Positions 25,094 through 38,600 of a stretch of 64,000 bases of DNA are shown piece by piece. Position 1 is the stretch's first letter. Every line of letters starts with the position of its first letter. Where the stretch lies: positions 434,001 through 498,000 of the forward strand of contig RSEE01000020.1 in NCBI GenBank assembly GCA_003971905.1, written 5' to 3'. Origin of the DNA: Moniliella sp. 'wahieum'. Its lineage: Eukaryota. A program made the position numbers and the translations under genes. Under the pieces are notes generated by a model. The model saw nothing but the letters and a program-made list of their open reading frames with translations, searched no databases and had not been told where the DNA came from.

Positions 25094-28071
25094 GGCGGCG
25101 GTGGCGATGGCAGCAGGGCGGAGGGTGGGGCAGGTGGTGGGCCAAACGAAGCAACGGCTGGGCCAGCCGAGGCGCTCCACCGAGCAGATCAGCGGTGGGG
25201 CATGGGCGGATGCATGATGATGCGATGGGCGATGGCGATCACGGGTGCGTCGCAGCGGATGGATGATGGCGGGGATGCAGGGGGGATGCCCGCGTGACGC
25301 GCGGTGGCGTGGCGGCGGCTGTGCCTGTTTAAGCTTGCGTAAAATTCCGTGTTTGCGACGTGTACATCGCACAGCCCTAAGGCTTAGGCCTACTGCATTC
25401 CTGCCACCCATCCGAAGCGGTGCGCCCAAGGGGCTTGCGTTCGCCGTACCATCCATCCTCTGCGCCATCAATTCTACAGGAAGACATGCATCCTCCCACA
25501 AGCCACCAGCTTCACCCGAAGCAGTCGATTCATTCGATTCATGGCAGCCTAGATCGATTTATGCGATCAATGGCAACCTAATACCTGGCAACCCAAATGG
25601 CCGGGGCGATGCATGATGCGTGCACCCCTGCTGGAGCAGCCTCGATGCGGGATGCGGGGCGAAGAGGGACACAGCCCCGGCGCCCACGGGACAAGACTGT
25701 TCGGTGCTGCATGCCGCTTGCCGATCAAGCTGCAGGCTGCACGCAGCCCTGGCCAGCGACGCCCAGGCATGGCGCTGTGTTGGCTGTGCCTCGCCTGCCC
25801 CCGCTTTGCCGGCCTGGCCCGCTGGCGACGGAGGCAGAGGCAGTGCCAGGGTGCGGGGCACATCGCCCTGAAAATGAAGAAAAGCTGAACGTCCTGAACG
25901 ATGCGGGTGGGTGCATACGTAAGGGATAGGATGAGCATGCACGGCACAACCCGCTCGCCCCAGCAGCCACAGCCGCCACAGCCGCCATCGCCTGCCCAGC
26001 CCATCCACCCCCCGCTTTCATTTCCATACCGCCACCGCCCGTTGCTCGGCGCCAGTGGCTCTCCTCTCCTCTCTCCGGGTAGCCAGGCTGGCTGGCTGAG
26101 GTACAGGCCTGAGGCCAGCAGCGACGATTTTGACACTGCCAGACGATCCGATGAAGCCCAAGGAGAGCGCCGTAGAGCTCCGACAGAGACACACGTAGTA
26201 AGATCCTGGCGCAGAAGAAGAAGAGGTGGCATGGTCTTGGCCCTTTCCCACAAGGTTTGTCGCGTCCGAAAGCATGTGAATGTGAACAACCCTTCATCGA
26301 CATCGTAGTAGCCGTCTTGCCAGTTACGCCCACCTGACCGAGACGCGCATACATGCGCCCATCCGAGTTGCACTGCCTGATTGCTGCAAACACGTACAGC
26401 CCAAGAGTACTTCTCGCAGATATCTTCTTGGTTGGTACTCGTGGTAACCTCGGCTGAGCCGCAGCCGTGCGTCATTCGTATACCCCCTATTGAGCGGATG
26501 CAGGAGTTTGCCATATCACCATCCCCGTCTCGGGTCGTATAATGGTGTGGTGGCAATGTGGTGTTGTGATACTGCGCGTGTACGGTCGGGAGCCGGTGTG
26601 TGATCCGTACGGCGGCTTCGTCTACTGGGTCGTTCCTCGGACGTAGGAGTGCAGCAGGACGAACCATGCGACCACGATTTGGCGTCGGGTTGTGTGGAGA
26701 GGATCTTTTTATGTCTACCAACATTTTGGGCGACAGGGACCGTATCACGATACTCCTGTGCTCATTATGGTTTGAAAGCGGGCTTAGCGCTACTGACCAA
26801 AAGGGCAACTCTTTCTCGCTACGGATGGAATTGTGCTGGGCAAGGCCATGACGTCATCGGGGTTGCTCAACGGGACTGGAGTAAAGGGGGGTTCCCGCTC
26901 TCGTGTAACCCAAACATGTGACACGCGACAAACGCTGACGCTGACTCGACTTTGCCTCTTCGTTTTGCTTCCTCGGCAGACATTGTGCAGCACTCGCTCC
27001 GCTATGGCTTAGTAGTCTTGCTCCGTCTGATCTGTTCGCCCTCTTGTTCGTGGTGGTCACCTTTCTCTTGCACGCACGATTGCGTCCGTGCTCTTGGCCC
27101 CGATTGCAGCGCAAGGGGAAATGGCCTGAAACACGCCTGTGTGGGTAAAGGGTGTGCGAGGGGATTGTCCCTCGGGAAGATGAGACTTGGTCGGAGTCCT
27201 GTGGTCTTCGAGGGCGATGCAATCGCACTGGTGTAGTGGTGGTCTACGCCAGCCAGCAACGCCTACAGGGAACATCAAGCAGCTAGTCGCCACCGGGGGC
27301 TAGGCGGGAAACAAGGCAAACAGAAGCAAGAAAACGTCGGAACTCCTGCGCCTGAGGAGGGACTAAGGGACGTTGGCCAAAGCACGCGAGCCACGCGTGG
27401 TGGCTCAACACGGGCCTCCCCAGCATGACGCTGCCTCGCTGGGGGGCTGGGGGGGGACGAGGGACTCGGTCGTGAAGCTGAAGGGCCTTGTCCGGTCGGG
27501 GGACCGCTTGCATCGCGGCTCCAGTGGAACCTGTGTGGATTGGCCGGGGGGACGATGGTGGTCATGCATCATGCCAGTGCTGCAGCTGTGACAGAAGCAC
27601 GCCCTGCCCTGTCGACGAACCTGCCCGCCCATCTCGGATGGACGCTAGCAGCGTCGCGTAGCCGAAGCGATGCCAGCTGAGATCGGAGCGGGAGTGCCGG
27701 CCTGAGGCCTGATCGAGGCCTGATCTGAGCGAATGACTCGCACCGAATACCGACTATTGCCTACGCTCGTCCACGTCGGCCACGTCCACCGCCCGCAGGA
27801 CGGTTGGTTTCAAAATATCCACTCTTCCACCGCCTATTCGCGGGGAAGGACAGTCTTAGCGCCGCCCAACGCGTCCCGCCGCCCACACTGCCCCTATGCC
27901 AGCCTCATTTTGGCGTTGATAAGCGTGGTCGAGTCGATTAGTTTTGTTGGCCATGTCCAGGAAATTGGACACTTCGCCCCCCCTCCCCCCCTTTTCTTTT
28001 CTTTTTTCTTTTCTTTTGTCCCACCACCTCCCCACCCACCCGCGCGTCCTCCGACAGCTCCTTGGCGCCCC

Positions 28072-30727
28072 ATGATGCTGCTTCGGTCTGCACTCGTGCG
28101 CGTTCTCGCCTTGCTCGCACCCGCCCTCGTCGTTCTCCGCCCACCGCCTCTCCGCCCATGGCGGTGCGTGCACTCCACTCCACTCTCCGCCGGGCCACCG
28201 GGTCCGACAAAGGTACCGAGTCCTTCACCGATGCCCACTTTGGTGGTGCCGACGCTTCCGATTCGGCGATGCAGCGGCCGCAGCCAAGTCGGCCACGACG
28301 CTGTCATTTCGGTGTTTGATTTGTTCAGCATTGGAATTGGTACGTCTTGATCTCGTAGTGCTTGCCAGCGTGGGGGGAGGAAAACGGGTTGAATGGGAAC
28401 CCCTCCCCCTCCCCCTCCCGACAAAAAAAAATCTAACTCGTGCCATGCACCCCGTTCGTTGCAGGTCCCTCTTCGTCCCATACGCTCGGACCTTGCCGTG
28501 CAGCCAGTATCTTTTGTCAGGACATCAAGGAAGCCGGGTTGCTGGACAAGGTCGCCCGTCTCAAGGTCGCTCTCTATGGTAGTTTGGCCGCGACAGGCGA
28601 GGGCCATCATACGCCGCAAGCGATATGATTGGGCTCGAAGGCGTCGACCCGAAACGGTCGATACAGCTTCGATTCCCGATCGGGTAGCTAAGATCAAAGC
28701 CGAGGGCAAGGTGGGTCTGATTCGCGAGAGCGATCCTACCAAGGTAGGCAAAGTAGTTACGTTCAAGTACGATACGGATATGACGTGGCACTGGGACCGG
28801 CAGTTGCCGCTGCACCCCAATGGCCTGCGCTTCTCTGTGTATGACGACCAAGGCGATTTGATCGCGACCAACGATTATTATTCGATCGGAGGCGGGTTTG
28901 TCGTCAATGGTTCCTTGGCCACCGCCACCTCGCCCAATGGACTGCACCAGGCCGAACCCACCTCAGTGTCCGGTGCAGATACCGGGATCGAGCCTCCGCT
29001 ACCACCGCAACCGGACGGAACGGGCGCCGCACCGGCAGGCCAGGGCCAAGACAATCCTCGCCGTCGCCCGCGCGGGGGCGAATTCGACCTCGGCGCCCGT
29101 CACGCCCGATGCGCCGCACCCCGAAGATTTGGCAGAGAATGCGTTTTACAACAAATTCGTCGCTCGGACGCGGCGGATGGACGCCGACAAGGCCAGCCTT
29201 CGGATAGTACGGCAGGACTGTTGGAAGGAGAGGGAGAGGGAGGCAAAAGTCAAGCGGGCTCGGCTATCGCTCCCAACGTCCCCTTCCCCTTCCATAACGC
29301 TGCCTCCTTACTCAAGATTGCCCAGGAACACAACTTGACCATCGCTCAGGTCGTGTACCAAAACGAGCGCACGTGGTACTCCCACGAGGAGATCCAGCAA
29401 AAGGTAGGTCCCCTCTGCCCCTCCCTCCCTCTCGCCCTCCCTCTCTCCCTCCCGTGTCTCTGAACGAATGGTGGACTAACTCCCCCTTGCCTGTCCGCAG
29501 CTCTTCCGCATTTGGACCGTGATGGACCAGTGCATCCGGGAAGGATGTTACTCCAAGGAGAAAATCTTACCTGGCGGGTTGCGACTGAAACGTCGTGCGC
29601 CGGGGCTGTACCGGCGGTTACTGCGGGGGTCTATCCGACGCTCGATCCGCCCGGTCCGAGCGGGAGCGGACCGAGTGGGCCCGCGCTCGGTGCTGACGTA
29701 CCACCTGCATCGGACGAGGAACCACAGGACCCATTCACCTTGCCCACCCACTCTCGTAGTCCGCAACCCTTTTCGCACCCGGCCACGCGACCGGTTCGGA
29801 TCCAAGGGAGCTTTGAGCACCCCATCATGCCCGTTCCGCTCAAACGGGTCACGTTCCAAGAAATGGACTTTCTCAGCGCGTATGCCATTGCGGTCAATGA
29901 GGTCAACGCGGCTGGTGGAAGGGTAGTAACCAGCCCTACCAATGGCGCATCAGGCGTCATACCAAGCGTACTCAAGTTCCACCTCTCCTTCTCCACTGAC
30001 GACCCTTGGCGCGACGTACAAACGTTCCTCCTCACCGCCGCCGCCGTAGGCATGATTGTCCGGCGCGGCGCGACCATCTCCGCGGCCGAAGGCGGATGCC
30101 AAGCCGAAGTAGGCGTGGCAAGTGCCATGGCTGCCGCGGGGTACGCCGCCGTGTTGGGCGGCAGCCCGCGCGTGGTGGCCCAAGCGGCGGAAATTGGCTT
30201 GGAACATAGTTTAGGTACGCTCCGCTTCCAGTCTCTTATGTCCCCCGCTACCCTATGCGCTGGCGCCTACCGTGCGCGTAGCCCGTAACGCGTAACCCAT
30301 GACCCGCGAGAGAAACGAGATGCTGACCCCACAATGTGACCCGTTTGGCGTACAGGACTTACGTGCGACCCTGTGATGGGTTAGTGCAAGCTGTACGTCC
30401 CTTCCCCCCTTGCCTCACCTCGTCTCCCCTTGCCTCCCTTTCCCTTCCCCCTTTACGCATACCATACAGACAGGACGTTGTACTGACCCTACGCGTACGT
30501 GCGCCCCTTTCCAGCCGTGCATTGAGCGCGTCTCGATGGGCGCCGTCAAAGCTGTGAATGCGGCGCAGCTGGCACTGGCAAGCGATGGTGACCATGCAGT
30601 CAGCTTGGACGACGTGATTGAGGCCATGCGCCAAACCGCTCGCGACATGCACGTCCGTTACCGCGAGACCAGCTTGGGCGGCTTGGCACGCGTCGTACGT
30701 GTGCCAGTCACCGTGCCAGAATGTTAA
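28072..30727 (+). CDS. Iron-sulfur-dependent L-serine dehydratase (SdaA-type, single chain), likely mitochondrial
   Basis: [135 protein letters not shown], ending VPEC*. Introns 28340-28464, 29403-29500, 30215-30355, 30393-30514. Confidence 0.93.
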
Positions 30728-31359
30728 GTGTTAAGTGTGAGTGCTAAGGCGCTATTAGGCGCTACGGGCGCTACTAAGCGTTTTGTTTGCACGTGTCTTT
30801 CCCTGGGTCCCCTTTCCGTCCCCCTCACCCCCCCCCCCCCCCCCCTCACTTATGCAGCCTTTTTTGTTCCGTTTTGTTCTTTCTCCTCCATTGGCACGTT
30901 GCGCTCAGGAATCGATCCGTAGGCGTGTGTGCCCATCGCATCAGATCACATCGCATCGTAGGCGCAGCTTTCAATTGGTTCTCTCGTACTCTGCTCGCCT
31001 GGTTTCGGGCTTCCCGTAGCCTTTAGTTGCCTCTCCCAGGAAGCGAGGTGGTAGGCGCCACGTAGTTGAGGACAGCAGTGATGGAAGCACTCCTCGTATT
31101 CTGGACTCAACGTTCAACCTCAGTACTCGGTCTGAGTCTGTACTCGACGTGTTGACTGTACTACGCGGTTGGAACGAGCGTTTGATCGACCGTGGAGCAC
31201 CGCGGGCTCTGACCAGATTACATGGACCTGGCTTTCAAATTTCACAGGTCTGCGGTCCTCAGAGATCGATTTGATGGAGCGGCCACAAAATATGCGACAC
31301 TCCCATGCCCGACGGACCTTAGATTCAACACAGTCTCCACAGACCTCAAGCTTGACTTG

Positions 31360-31385
31360 AAGCTTCAAGCTTCAAGCTTCAAGCT
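31360..31385. repeat. Heptamer tandem repeat (AAGCTTC)x3.7
   Basis: Read directly from the sequence. Confidence 0.9.
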
Positions 31386-32163
31386 GATCGATCGACCAAG
31401 CTCTGGCGAGGCATGTGATGTGATGGGGTGACCGGTGATGTAAACATGTCAACCGGCTAACGCAGGCTAACACGCTACCCTCGCTGGCTGGGTGACTGAC
31501 TGGACGTTTGTTTATTTCCCCCTCTGTTGTCAGATTGGTGGTCAATATTGGTACCCGTGGTGCGCCACCACGAGGGCGGGGTGGATGTGGCCGACGGCAC
31601 TGGCCGGGCTGGATGACGTGGACTTTTAACCTGTCGCGAGCATCATGCATCACGAGGCGCTGGGAAGCGGGACTAGCGCGCAGCGCGCAGCGGCCCAGCA
31701 CAGCGCCTGTGTGCCACTGGAGGGCAGTGCGCTGGCCCGGGCGCGTGAAAACAGCGGAGGCGGACTTGGCGGGCGGCAGTGCTAGTGGCCAGGGACACGC
31801 CGCTTGCAACGTTCAAAGCCACGTAGCGCGTCGTCTTACACAGGGCGGCCGATTGCAGTGCAGCGGCCGGGACGGCGCCAGTGTCTGCGCCCCGGGGGTG
31901 GGCACAGGGCGCAGGGCTCTGCAGCGCCTCCGTGCATGGCACACTCGCCCAGTGCCTGTCGCTTTCAGCTTTCAGCCTGCAGCTGCAGCCCCCCTGCAGC
32001 TTGCAGCTTGTGCGGGGTACATGTAACGGCCGCATGCATGTGACGCATCCCAGCGCGCCTATTCCCGCTGCAGCTTCCATCAGCACACCACAGCTACACG
32101 GTACTCCGTCCTCCTTCCTCTCCCGTCCCCCCTTCCCATTCACCCCCCCCCCCCACCACCAGC

Positions 32164-33909
32164 ATGCCCACCCCTTCGCCGCCTGGCCGCACCTCAACCA
32201 GCAGCATGAGCATCGGGTACGGCCCCGCCCCGCCCCGTCCTTCGCCTTCGGCACCCCCTCCAACTTTGGCGCGATGGCCATGGCCCATGCCATTCACGCG
32301 GCCTCCGCCTCTGCCTCCGCCTCCTCCCCTCCACGCGCCCTTCCCCCCCCGCGCTCCCTTGCCCACTCTCGCGCGTCTCATCCCGATCAAAGACATCCCA
32401 TCCATCTTCACGTCGCTCGTCCCGACGAGCTAGCGACTCAGTCTTTTCCCCCGGCCACGTGCTCATGGACAAGATCACCCATGCCTTCCAGCCATGCCCT
32501 GCTTCGGACCAAGCACGACCCAATCCGCCTCCGCCTCCTCGGTCTCATCCTACCCATCCCACCCATCGTCGTATCCATCACGACACCCATCCACGCCTTC
32601 GCTCCTCGCCGGATCGGACGGCAGCAGCCCCACCAGTACCGTCGACGACGCTTTTCCGCCCTCCCAGTACTCGGCGGACAACTCGCTATCGTACGCCCCG
32701 CCTTTGCACCGCACCAGCCCAACGGACCTGCCCGATCTCGCCTTGCCTTCGCTGGAACCCTCGGACCCCTACCCCACACCCGAAGCCGCCGAAGCTATCC
32801 GCATGCTCGCCTCCCACCCATCATGGGAGACCTATGCCCATCTGGTTGGGGGACCCCTGCCCGCGCCCCCCACCACAGCCCATCCCAGCCAACTTATCTG
32901 CCCGCCGCCCCCTCAAGAAGTTGCCCACCCCGCACCTACCACCATCACCACCCTATCCCCAAGACGATCGTGCGCAAACGGTCCCACAGCAACCAAGATG
33001 AACCGGGGGAGAAGCGATGTCGGAGTACGAGTCCTTCCACAGCCCCTTCGTGTCCGTCGCCGTCCGTTTCACCTTCGCGCCCGCCTGGATCTGACAAGGA
33101 GGACGATGGGCACGCTTGTTTTGGGCAGCGACCCTGGGTCCTGCCTCCCTGGGCACCACGCCAAGTCGATTGGGCAGCGGTGGAAAAGGCCGATTCGACA
33201 GGCCAGCTGCCCAGTAAGGTGGCGCAGGTCCTGCGACAATACCTTAGTCAGCCCGAAGGGACCCAGCGCACCACTTACCCAGGAACCTGGCCTGGGCTGC
33301 AACCGCACCTCGATCGGTTACGCGAGCAGGTCCTGCGTGGGGAACGGGCGGATTTAGCAGCGTTGTACTGGGCTAAGATGCAGCCCAAACCGGCCGTTCG
33401 CACCGACTCCGCCTCCCGTTCGGCCGCAGCTCCTGCCCGCCTGAGCAGACGGAGAAGCGTAGGAATCACTTGGCTTCGGAACAGAAACGTCGGACTAACA
33501 TTCGTCGTGGGTACCAAGACTTGGTAGCCCTCGTCCCTTCCCTCCAGCATTACAACAGGGACGACGTGAAGGTTGGGATGACGATGGAGAGCGAGTGTTT
33601 GCGCAAGAGTGAGTTCTTCTTCCCCCTCCTCCTCTCTTCCTCAGCACCGACCTGACCTCATCTGGCTTGCTTCGGTTTCTGTTTCGAGCAGCCATCGATC
33701 ATATGCGGCAGCTGGCGGAAACGCATGCTTCGCTCGTAGCCAAACGGGACGATACGATTGACTTGCTGGGCACCGCATACAAAGTCCCGCTCCTACACCC
33801 TTTGCTCTCCCCTGCTCCTCTGCCAAGCGCCACCATCACACCTGCCGATCTCGATCTACAACTTGTCAAACCCCAGGCCACCTGCACTGCCCCTTCCAGC
33901 ACCTCCTAA
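32164..33909 (+). CDS. bHLH transcription factor (Ino4/Mlx-like basic region) with Pro/Ser-rich N-terminus
   Basis: RRNHLASEQKRRTNIRRGYQDLVALVPSL...ESECLRK|TIDHMRQL (33457-33720). Intron 33609-33691. Start uncertain. Confidence 0.75.
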
Positions 33910-34944
33910 CACCTCCCCTCCCTGCCCCCTTGCCCTTGGGGTGGGGGGTCGACCCTCCCCACCTGCACCTTTCCCTTGTCCGTTGTCCTTTGTCCCTACT
34001 GGGCCTCGGGTGCAGGTCCAGTGCTTCGTTTTGCTCCTGTTCAGTACTCAGTTCGGTGTTAATCCATCCATTTTTGCTTTTCTTCGTCAGCTTCATCGAT
34101 CAGCGATCATATGTGTTTTCTGTATGGTCCCACTCCGCTTTTCTACCTCGGAAAGATCCTCTGGCCTTAGGACTAGGGAGGGAACCTGTCACATTGCACA
34201 TGTCACGCTAACGCGCGGTCGCGCAAGGTCATGGATCCGATCATCACTACGCTAGTCGCTAGCCATGGTTCCCGCCGTCATCGTCATCGTCATCACGGAC
34301 ATAATATAGACGCCCACCATGCATCCCGGCGGCACGCTGGCCGCGTATGAAATTTGAGGGTTGGTCGCACATGGGTGGGTGCATGGGCGCCCTGATCGAT
34401 TAGATGACTGGATGAGGTGATGCATGATGAGATGATGACACCGCGGGTCGGTCCAAGCCTCTCGCTCGGGCCGGTCGGGCCGGTTGAGCGGGTCAGGCTG
34501 GTCCGACCTCCGAACTGGGTGATGGGGGCCTGCCCTTGTGGGCCCTGTGTCCCTCGGGGTTTGGTTGGAGGGCGTTGCACGTTGAACGGATGGTAAGACG
34601 GGAGGAACCCAAAAGGATTTGGGTGGAGAACCTCTGGTCTGGAAATGTAATAGAGCAAAGCAATGGCGGTGGTGGTGGTTAAACGTTAGCTTAAAGTCTA
34701 AGATCTAAGCCTCAGGTCTTAGATCCTTATGCCACACCTAGAGGAGACAGGGGTTCGAACAAAGCCGGAGTACACAAGTGGAGGCTTCGGAGGTCAAATA
34801 TAGAAGGCCCAAGAGGCAAAGGGTGATTAAGGTGATTGATAATCGATAAGGCCTAAGCCTAAGGCGCCTTGGCCTATGTACGGAACCGAGGGCCCAACAC
34901 GTATCGGATGCAGGTTACAGGTTACCGGTTAACTGACCGGACCG

Positions 34945-35000
34945 AGTAACTGAGTAACTGAGTAACTGAGTAACTGAGTAACTGAATAACTGAATAACTG
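34945..35000. repeat. Octamer tandem repeat (AGTAACTG)x5 + (AATAACTG)x2
   Basis: Read directly from the sequence. Confidence 0.95.
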
Positions 35001-35555
35001 TGTACTGACCCGTCTCTGTTGTCGCCCACCCACATCCCGTACCCCTGTCATCAATCGTCACGCGTCACTACCGACAATACGTTCTCCACCTACTGCTGAG
35101 GCCAAGGACGGATGCTCGAACGAGGAGCGAGAAAGTGCGCGACGCAGTATACGAGATCGATGCGAAGAAAGAGACAGGGGACGAGATAGGGAACAAGGGA
35201 AGGTAAGGAGTAAGGGGGGGGGGGGGAGGGGAGGTGAAAGCGCAGAATCGGAAGCGGAAGTGGAAGCGGACGGAGTGGGGTGGGGGGAGAATCGGTAGCA
35301 GCTCGACTGCTGAACCAAATCAAGATGTTCTTGACGAAACCACCAAGGGCATCGGTATTATGCCTCAGGAGGAGCCCGAGGGGGGGGGGGATAAGAAACG
35401 GGTAGACAGACCCGAATGCAGGCCGGGGGGAATCGAGGGAATCAGGCCAACGTACACAGCACTCAAAAATGTCCGGACCAAAAACAAAAACAAACGAAGG
35501 AAACTAGATAAGAGGCGGCGAAGGGGACCCAAATTGAGAACCGACACGGGGGGTG

Positions 35556-35597
35556 AGATGGAGATGGAGATGGAGATGGAGATGGAGATGGAGATGG
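35556..35597. repeat. Hexamer microsatellite (GAGATG)x7
   Basis: Read directly; lies just past the 3' end of the MDR-domain gene. Confidence 0.9.
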
Positions 35598-35670
35598 AGA
35601 ATGGGACGTGGACGGGGACAGGGATGGGGACGGGGGTAAGCACAGGGGCAAGGAACCGGACGAAAGCGTC

Positions 35671-38600
35671 CTACGTCACCCGCACCACCACCGTCGCGCC
35701 GGCGGGCCGAGGTGGAAGTAGAAAAGGCGGGGGAATCGAACGCGCGATGGGCATCTTCCATGGCCAAGATGGAGCTCAAACGAGGACAGATGGTACCTTC
35801 CAAAGCGGCGCGACGCATGCTTTGCAACGCATCCTGTGTGTCGGAGCCCACATCGACCCCAATCCACTCGTACTCAATATTTCTTGTCCTTTTTGAAAAA
35901 TGTTCGACGGAGCGAATGGAGGTGAGTCTTCATCCCCGGTTGGCCCGTTCGGTCATCACTGTAGCACGTGACAAAGTGGCCTTGGCGCGCCAAGATACGT
36001 CGTGCGGCATCGTACAATTTTCGTCCGCCAATCGTATCCACAACCAAATCAAAGCTGCTTTCGTGAAGCGAGTTGATCGCCCACAGTGCCTCGCCTACCA
36101 CCACTTCATGCGCACCGTTGGCTTGCGCAATCCCGTACCCATCCGACGCGCCTGGCGGACACTGCGCCACAATGATCAACCCCAATCGCGCACACGCTTG
36201 CATCGTCAACAACCCCACACCGTCATGCGCATTCAGAATGAGAACACGAGAACCACGCTCCAGTTGTTGGCAGTAGTGTTGTTGCACTTGGAACGCCATC
36301 GCGCCCGTAGCGGGCAACGCGGCAATTTGTTCCGTCGTCAAGCTCTCCTCAGGCGCCTTGGCCACGAGAGAATGGTCAATGGTAATGTACTCGGCGAGCG
36401 CACCCGACTAGAAAACCAAAAAAACGCGAGTTAGTCGCCTGCTTTGCTCAAACCATCCATCATCCTGCTACACAGCACGGAGGGAGGGAGGGGAGGGGGG
36501 GAACCCGCTTTACGTACCCTTTTCGAATCGGTCAAACCAAAGATAATGTCGCCCTTGCGCAGCTCTTCCACCGCCCACCCCACATCGGCAATCCGACCAC
36601 AAAAGCTACGGCCGGGCACAAAGCCGTACCCAGCCGTCGACTGCGCCCGCTCTCGCACAATCGCCCGGTCCACCCCATCAATCGCCACGGCAATCACAGC
36701 GACCAGAACTTCCTTCGGTCCAACCTTACGCGGCGGAGGCGTGTGCGCTGTCAAGCCAATCATTGCCGGTAATTCTTCCACCGAAGACGAACTCGTCTCG
36801 GCCCGTTTCTTGAACCGCCACATACTGTCCCGTTGTTGCGGTTGGAACGCACTGGTAATCGCCACGGTGGCCATAGTGGTCTTGCTCTGCAACGGGTCCT
36901 CCGTTTGAGAATGCCGCCGGGGCCGGTCGATCGTCGTGGGTTTGCGCACCGGCGCAGCTGGCGAACTGATGATCGACGTGGGTCCCCGCGCGTTCGCATA
37001 GCCAGGTACGGACGCCAAGTTCTGTTGGGTGAGCGATAAGCGTTGGAGCGGGATACCGTTGCTGGAAGCAATGGACGAGGCACGCGCCAGAGACTGGGTA
37101 TCCGTCACGCTGCGCCTGTCTGCCATGAGCGCAGCAGTAGGTGCGCCCAGCGGGGCGGATTTGGCCCAAGCGGGGTGGGTTGGCTGGGCTGTCGATGGAG
37201 CCGGCACTAAGCGAGGTGGCCGAGGTAGGGACTTGTGGTTGACGGAGTACGGGGCAGGCGAACGAATTTCCTCCACAGCAGCAGCTGGAAGAGAACTCTG
37301 CCATTCATCAATACTTTCCATGGGACGGGAGACCATGCCGACCTTGGCGCGAGGACGGAAAGAGCCATCGGAACCTACTGCGTCTGAGCTGCCCAGTTGT
37401 CCGTTCCGTCCGCTCCGGACCGACGAGGTGCGGGGGATACGATCTGAGCTGGTGCTCAGGCCCGACGCACTCCAGGTCGACGGTAAAGGCGTTCCTGGGG
37501 TAACCGGGGAGTCCTCCGCCGAAGGCTGGGAGTGGGCTGGGCCATCCGACAGCCCTGAAGGAATGGACGGGGGGAGTCCAGTCCACGGGAGGAGGCGCGA
37601 TGGGTAGATACAAAGGAGTTGGTTTTTCCTTTGGCGACAAGGACTTCATCGACAAGGGTTGCAGCAGTGCACTACGTCCGGGCGTCTTTTCTTTGGTTTA
37701 CCGGTTTTGGCCTCCTTTTTGGTCACACGCGTAGCGGTGATGCCACCAGGAAGGACAATCTCACCTTGTCCTTGTCCTTGTCCGTGTCCTTGTCCTTGTC
37801 CCTCTTCAGTAGGTTTGGTCTTCTTCTTTTTGGCTTTTTGTTTGGGCTCAGGCTTCTTGACCACCGTGATACGTTTCGTCCCCGATTTGGCTGCACTCTG
37901 ATCGGACGAGTGCGAGGTAGCGGGGGTGGTGGTGGGTGTGCTCTGGTCCTCGGCCGAGAGCAAGCTACTAGGCTGGGGTTCCGCGGGCGCGGGACGAACA
38001 GCCGACTCTTGCGGCAGAGGCGAAACGATCGAGCGAGGGCTGGTCAAGAGTTCAGAATGACCAGAACCAGCAGGACTTCGGGCTCCAACGGGGCGTTGCC
38101 GTGGGGGCCGCACAGGGTTCGTCGTGGGAACCGAGATTGGCATTGGCCTCACGGGGCAGAGCTAAAGAGGGTTCCGTCACATCGCTTGTCCCCCCTGGGC
38201 CCACCACCTGGTGCTGGTCATCTTGCGCTGTCGACGCCACGATAGAAGGGACCGTAGCCGGTAGCGGAGGCAAGTCTGCAGCCTCTGGAGGGGAAGCGAC
38301 CTGAGGGGGGGGGTGGGAATGGTATCGGGCGTGGGAATAGAAGGAACGTTGGAGGGGGGACTGCGATTGCTGGGGCTGGGTTGCTGGCGGGGTCTCTCTC
38401 GGAGTGTCGTCGGTACGTGGTTGCATGACGGTTGTGTCAGCCTCTTCTTCCGGCTCCAAGACATCAAAGAAACGAGTGGCAGAGCGCTCAAAAGGTTCCT
38501 TCCCTTCAGATGAGATGGTGCAAGTGGGTGTGATCTCGTCGAAAGGGCCGTGCCCTCCTGCAGACCAGGATAGAGGTGGTTCCCCTTATATTGTTCGGGG

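Noticed and set aside
34745..34770. GGTTCGAA (tRNA T-loop/B-box-like); a similar hit lies at ~55917
   Set aside because: No cloverleaf stems can be formed around either site.
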